Origin: an uncultured Gammaproteobacteria bacterium
Lineage (GTDB): Bacteria > Patescibacteriota > Patescibacteriia > CAZSQN01
Assembly (NCBI GenBank): GCA_964609095.1
Contig: CAZSQN010000001.1
Location: forward strand, 278,117 to 342,116
Length of the DNA stretch: 64,000 bases
Reading direction: 5' to 3'
The position numbers and the translations under genes were made by a program. Under the pieces are notes generated by a model that was not told the DNA's origin, made no database searches, and saw only the letters and a list, made by a program, of their open reading frames with translations. Below, piece by piece: positions 60,193-64,000 of the stretch (its first letter is position 1; every line of letters begins with the position of its first letter).

Positions 60193-61455
60193 GTGAAAAC
60201 CGCGCGAGCAATTTTTATCACCGCGCTTATCGTTGCCGCCGGAGCGGCGCTGCTTTCATATTTAAATCTTGCCGGCAAATTGCCCGCGTCAATCAGTTTT
60301 TTAAAAAGCCGTCGCGACGAGGAATTGCAGCGCCGGCCATCAATCATAGCCCCGCTTCTTCCGTCCGAGCTTAAAGAAACAGAGCTTGAGGCGCCGTTCC
60401 CGCTGCGCACGGCCGAGCTGGGGGCCGTAAGAAAGCTTTCCATCCCCAATGGCTGGAAGGCAAACATTTTTACTTCCGAAGTTCCAAGAGCCAGATTTTT
60501 CGCTTTGCGCGAAGACGGCGTGCTTTTTTTATCTCTTTCCAAAGAGGGCAAAGTTGTCGCGCTTCCTGATAAAAATAAGGACGGCGTCGCCGACAGGGTT
60601 ATCACCGTTGCCGACGGGCTTGATTTTCCGCATGGCCTGGCTTTTCAAGGTCCCTGGCTTTATGTGGCTGAAACATCAAGAATTATGCGCTATCGCGACC
60701 TGAACGGCGATTATATGCCGGATCTAAAGCAGAGCGTTGTTCCCAATCTTCCCGAAGGCGGAAACCACATCTCGCGCACGATTGCTTTTGGGCCGGACGG
60801 GAAATTGTATGTTTCGGTCGGCTCTTCGTGCAATGTTTGCGTGGACGACCCGCGCCGCGCCGCCATTTTGCGTTTTGGCCCAAACGGCGAGAATGAAGAA
60901 ATTTTTGCCTCCGGTTTAAGAAACGCGGTGGGAATTGTTTTTCATCCCGAAACAGGCGAGCTCTACGTCACGGATAACGGCAGGGATTTTTTAGGCGATG
61001 ACGAACCGCCGGAAGAAGTGAATATAATCAAAGAAGGGAAAAAATACGGCTGGCCCGGATGTTTTGGAGACAGGCGGCCTGATCCGGATTTAAAGACATC
61101 ACAAGAGTATTGCGATATGACGGAGCGGCCGTATCTGGCGCTCGCGGCGCACAGCGCGCCTTTGGGCCTGCGCTTCTTGGAAGACGAACGGATTCCTTCC
61201 GAATACAGAGGGAGTTTGCTGGTTGCCTTTCACGGTTCTTGGAACCGCAGCGTACCTACCGGTTATAAGATATTGCGCGCGAGAAAAACTCCCACGGGGG
61301 AGCTGGTTACGGATGATTTCGCGACCGGCTGGATTAGCAACGGAGAAGTGTGGGGGCGTCCGGTTGATATTATTACCGGTTCTGACGGAGCCGTTTACGT
61401 TTCTGATGATTTAGCCGGAGCGGTGTATAGATTCACCCCGCCGGGTAAAGAATGA
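60193..61455 (+). CDS. PQQ-dependent sugar/sorbosone dehydrogenase
   Basis: PHGLAF, FGPDGKLYVSVGS.CN, GLRN.VG, AHSAPLG, HGSWNR, GRPVD. Confidence 0.9.
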   Translation: MKTARAIFITALIVAAGAALLSYLNLAGKLPASISFLKSRRDEELQRRPSIIAPLLPSELKETELEAPFPLRTAELGAVRKLSIPNGWKANIFTSEVPRARFFALREDGVLFLSLSKEGKVVALPDKNKDGVADRVITVADGLDFPHGLAFQGPWLYVAETSRIMRYRDLNGDYMPDLKQSVVPNLPEGGNHISRTIAFGPDGKLYVSVGSSCNVCVDDPRRAAILRFGPNGENEEIFASGLRNAVGIVFHPETGELYVTDNGRDFLGDDEPPEEVNIIKEGKKYGWPGCFGDRRPDPDLKTSQEYCDMTERPYLALAAHSAPLGLRFLEDERIPSEYRGSLLVAFHGSWNRSVPTGYKILRARKTPTGELVTDDFATGWISNGEVWGRPVDIITGSDGAVYVSDDLAGAVYRFTPPGKE

Positions 61456-61523
61456 AGTTTGGGGCCCACATCAAAGCCGCCCTCTGCAAGGCGGCTTTTG
61501 GTTTTGAAAAATCGTTCAGTTAT

Positions 61524-62192
61524 TTATTTCTCTTTTTTAACCGATACCGCAATAAAAAATGTGCCAAGATTAAGATTTTCCACTTCAACATTTCCAAAAA
61601 TTTCTTTCATTTTTTCCGGAATATTTTTAGAAGGATCCCAGGCGGCGAATTTTGAATAAATTATTTTAACTAAAGGATTAAGAAATTTTAGGAATCCCGT
61701 AAAAAGACGAGCGTCGCAAACAACCAATTTCCCTCCAAAGCGAAGAACATCGTGACATCTTTTAAGCGCTTTTTCCCAATCGGGAATCGCGCTAATTCCA
61801 AGAACGCTTACAACGCCATCAAAATTGTTTTCGGTTATTTTAAGTTGTGCCGCGTCGCCCTGAACTAATTTTATATTGCTCCAGCCATTTCGCTTAGATA
61901 ATTGTTTTGCGGCATCAAGCATCTCTTGGCTATAATCAAAACCTAGGATAAAACCATCTTTACCGATCGCTTCTATTATGTAAGGAAAATTTTTACCAGA
62001 ACCGCAGGCAACTTCCAGGGCCTCGCCGCCTCTTTTTAACCCCATCTTTTTAATTGCTCGGCTTCTTATGTTTTTTGCTCTTCCTAAAAATGTGACTATA
62101 TCTTGGGCGCTGTAAAGAGAGGGAAATCTTCCCCAAAAGGAATATACTTTTTTTACCTTCTTTAATTTGTCCGTTTGTAAATCTTTGGTCAT
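61524..62192 (-). CDS. Class I SAM-dependent methyltransferase (cassette-like)
   Basis: LEVACGSG, GFDYS.EML, QGDA; AT-rich. Confidence 0.9.
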   Translation of the reverse strand: MTKDLQTDKLKKVKKVYSFWGRFPSLYSAQDIVTFLGRAKNIRSRAIKKMGLKRGGEALEVACGSGKNFPYIIEAIGKDGFILGFDYSQEMLDAAKQLSKRNGWSNIKLVQGDAAQLKITENNFDGVVSVLGISAIPDWEKALKRCHDVLRFGGKLVVCDARLFTGFLKFLNPLVKIIYSKFAAWDPSKNIPEKMKEIFGNVEVENLNLGTFFIAVSVKKEK

Positions 62193-62252
62193 TTTTTATA
62201 TGGATTGAATAGTTTATAAAAACTTTATTATAAGCGGCCCCGTAGCCAGATT

Positions 62253-62342
62253 GCGTATAACGTATGCGACTATACGAAGTTGGCGAAGCTAATTTGGGAA
62301 ACCGAAGTGCAACGAGGTTTCCGTATAGTCGCTGTTATACGC
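62253..62342 (-). other. attC-like recombination hairpin
   Basis: GCGTATAAC-GTAT-GCGACTATACG...CGTATAGTCGC-T-GTTATACGC imperfect inverted repeat between two co-oriented genes. Confidence 0.7.
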
Positions 62343-62413
62343 CCCGACGACTGAAAGGAGGAGAGCGCAGCGGGGCACGGAGCGTAGCGGAGTGAGTCGA
62401 GAAAATATTTCAT

Positions 62414-62950
62414 CTATTTAGGGGCTTTTTGTTCATTAAGTTTCTGAATACGTTTATTTAGTAAAGGGGTAAAATGATTTTTGTAGCGTTTCTGAAGATC
62501 TGATAATCGCCAATCTTTTCCAGTAATTTTTTTCCTGCATAGAGAAGAGCCACAATTACAATCCCATTTTGCCACATAATTTTCATCAGCTTCCCACAAA
62601 ATGTAATCAGCGGTGAGTTCTTCATTTGTATGTATATCTCTACGCGCAACAAGGGTGAAAGCATTTTTCATCCAGACATTGGGGTCACAAGAATGATTTA
62701 TGAAATAAGTAAGGTCATCGCCGCGCTCTTCAACGGTAAATAAATCCTCATCGAGTTGCATAACAACTTTTCCCTCTTGATTTTTAGCTTTCATCGCTTC
62801 TTCTTTTGAAACATAATCACCACCCCAAATGATCACCATTTCACCTGCTCTGATATTCGCTTTTGCAAACATTCCTCGACCCTGAAGCGGCGATGATCGT
62901 ATTTCAACTTTTGAACTCAACGATGATTTCTCGGGATATTTTACTTTCAT
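62414..62950 (-). CDS. SET-domain protein (cassette-like)
   Basis: GRGMFA, FINHSCDPN, EELTADY, post-SET CNCGS..CR. Confidence 0.93.
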   Translation of the reverse strand: MKVKYPEKSSLSSKVEIRSSPLQGRGMFAKANIRAGEMVIIWGGDYVSKEEAMKAKNQEGKVVMQLDEDLFTVEERGDDLTYFINHSCDPNVWMKNAFTLVARRDIHTNEELTADYILWEADENYVAKWDCNCGSSLCRKKITGKDWRLSDLQKRYKNHFTPLLNKRIQKLNEQKAPK

Positions 62951-63020
62951 ACTTAATTAATTGTGGCTCTCCGAAGTTTATAAAATTTGTTGCAAAAAGC
63001 CCCTCCTAAAATATTTTCTC

Positions 63021-63045
63021 GATTGCGTATAACTCGTTTATATAT
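63021..63045 (-). other. attI-like core site
   Basis: GATTGCGTATAAC identical to 62249-62261, i.e. GTTATACGCAATC on the cassette strand, just upstream of the integrase. Confidence 0.6.
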
Positions 63046-63109
63046 TGAGTGTTGGTTTAAAGTATACAATAATTTGTGTGTTATATCAACCTTGTGATAA
63101 GGTTACTAC

Positions 63110-63922
63110 ATGGCCAATCTATTGGATATAGTAAGACGAGAAATGAAATTGCGCAATTACAGCCCAAAAACAATTGAGGCATACACGCGCGTGATAAAAG
63201 ATGCCTATGTCTTTTTTGGACGGTCCTTGCGAGAGGTTTCGGCGGAGCAGATAAAAGAGTATTTGTACGTTAAGCAGAAACAAAAATTATCCAGCCAAAC
63301 TATTTCTCTCTACGGCAACGCATTGAATTATTTATACACGCAAATATATCGTCAGGATAATTTTCATAAATTTTCTCATCCCAAACGATCACAGCGCCTG
63401 CCTATAGTATTAAATAGAGATGAGATTCATCGCCTGATTGAGCTAACCGCAAACCCCAAACATCGGGCTATTCTTGCTCTAACCTACGCGGCCGGGTTGC
63501 GCGTGAGCGAGGTGGTCAAAATGCGCGTGCGCGACATAGATTTGGAAGCGCTCACGGTAACGGTTAGGCAAGGCAAGGGCAGCAAAGATCGGCTGACGGT
63601 ATTTTCTGAAAAGTTAAAGCCGGTTCTTACTGCTTTTATTGCCGGCCGATCAGGTGATGAACATCTGTTTATAAGCGAGCGAGGCGGCGGACTTACCGCG
63701 GCAACCGCTCAAAAAGTTTTTCACCAAGCCATGCGGCGCGCCGGTATCCAAAAAGACGCGACCTTTCATTCGCTGCGCCATAGTTTTGCCACGCATTTGC
63801 TGGAAAATGGCGTTGATGTGCGCTATGTTCAGGAACTTTTGGGACACCAAAACATCCGGACAACGCAAATATACACTCATGTCACCAATCCAATGCTAAA
63901 AAACATCAAAAGTCCGTTATAA
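63110..63922 (+). CDS. Integron-integrase-like tyrosine recombinase
   Basis: LRNYSPKTIEAY N-domain, LPIVL, GLRVSE, GKGSKDR, HSLRHSFATHLL, LLGH..I.TT.IYTHV. Confidence 0.92.
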   Translation: MANLLDIVRREMKLRNYSPKTIEAYTRVIKDAYVFFGRSLREVSAEQIKEYLYVKQKQKLSSQTISLYGNALNYLYTQIYRQDNFHKFSHPKRSQRLPIVLNRDEIHRLIELTANPKHRAILALTYAAGLRVSEVVKMRVRDIDLEALTVTVRQGKGSKDRLTVFSEKLKPVLTAFIAGRSGDEHLFISERGGGLTAATAQKVFHQAMRRAGIQKDATFHSLRHSFATHLLENGVDVRYVQELLGHQNIRTTQIYTHVTNPMLKNIKSPL

Positions 63923-63933
63923 TATAGATATAA

Positions 63934-64000
63934 TACGAATTTACGAATAAAATGCGAATCCACGAATATGCGAATTCGCGAATCCGCGCGATTCGCATAG
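63934..64000. repeat. GCGAAT/ATTCGC-type repeat (runs off window)
   Basis: ACGAAT..ACGAAT..GCGAAT..ACGAAT..GCGAATTCGCGAAT. Confidence 0.7.

Noticed and set aside
61452-61523. Second attC after the methyltransferase
   Set aside because: Only a terminator-like hairpin (AAAGCCGCC/GGCGGCTTT) is present, with no TAAC...GTTA site.

Overview
64 kb of a bacterial chromosome (code 11), most likely Patescibacteria/CPR (Parcubacteria-like). This assignment is an inference from SD-less AT-rich starts on core genes, a short EF-Ts, pilin-like genes and typical DUFs. Core content: dcd (partial, absent from the ORF track), rplA-rplK-nusG-secE, thyA-folA, gyrB, rodA, rplY, prmC-prfA-rpmE, rpsB-tsf, gap-ndh-pgk-eno-gpmI, tgt, mutM, mltG, a UvrD/PcrA helicase and pgi, interspersed with small accessory islands. 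Most notable: (1) a full-length major vault protein (MVP) homolog directly downstream of an independently transcribed ~545-nt structured noncoding region that contains a tRNA-like module with a large insert; (2) a 68-nt D-armless tRNA/tmRNA-like RNA with a G3-U70 alanine determinant, divergently paired with a ~70-nt small RNA antisense to it; (3) an integron-like array (attI-like core, attC-like hairpin, two AT-rich genes) beside an IntI-like recombinase that seems to lack the IntI-specific insertion. There are also several families of short palindromic, heptamer and GCGAAT repeats, some inserted in frame in core genes or bracketing single small genes, and boxA-like leaders on accessory genes. 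All calls were made by eye; no database searches or folding programs were run.
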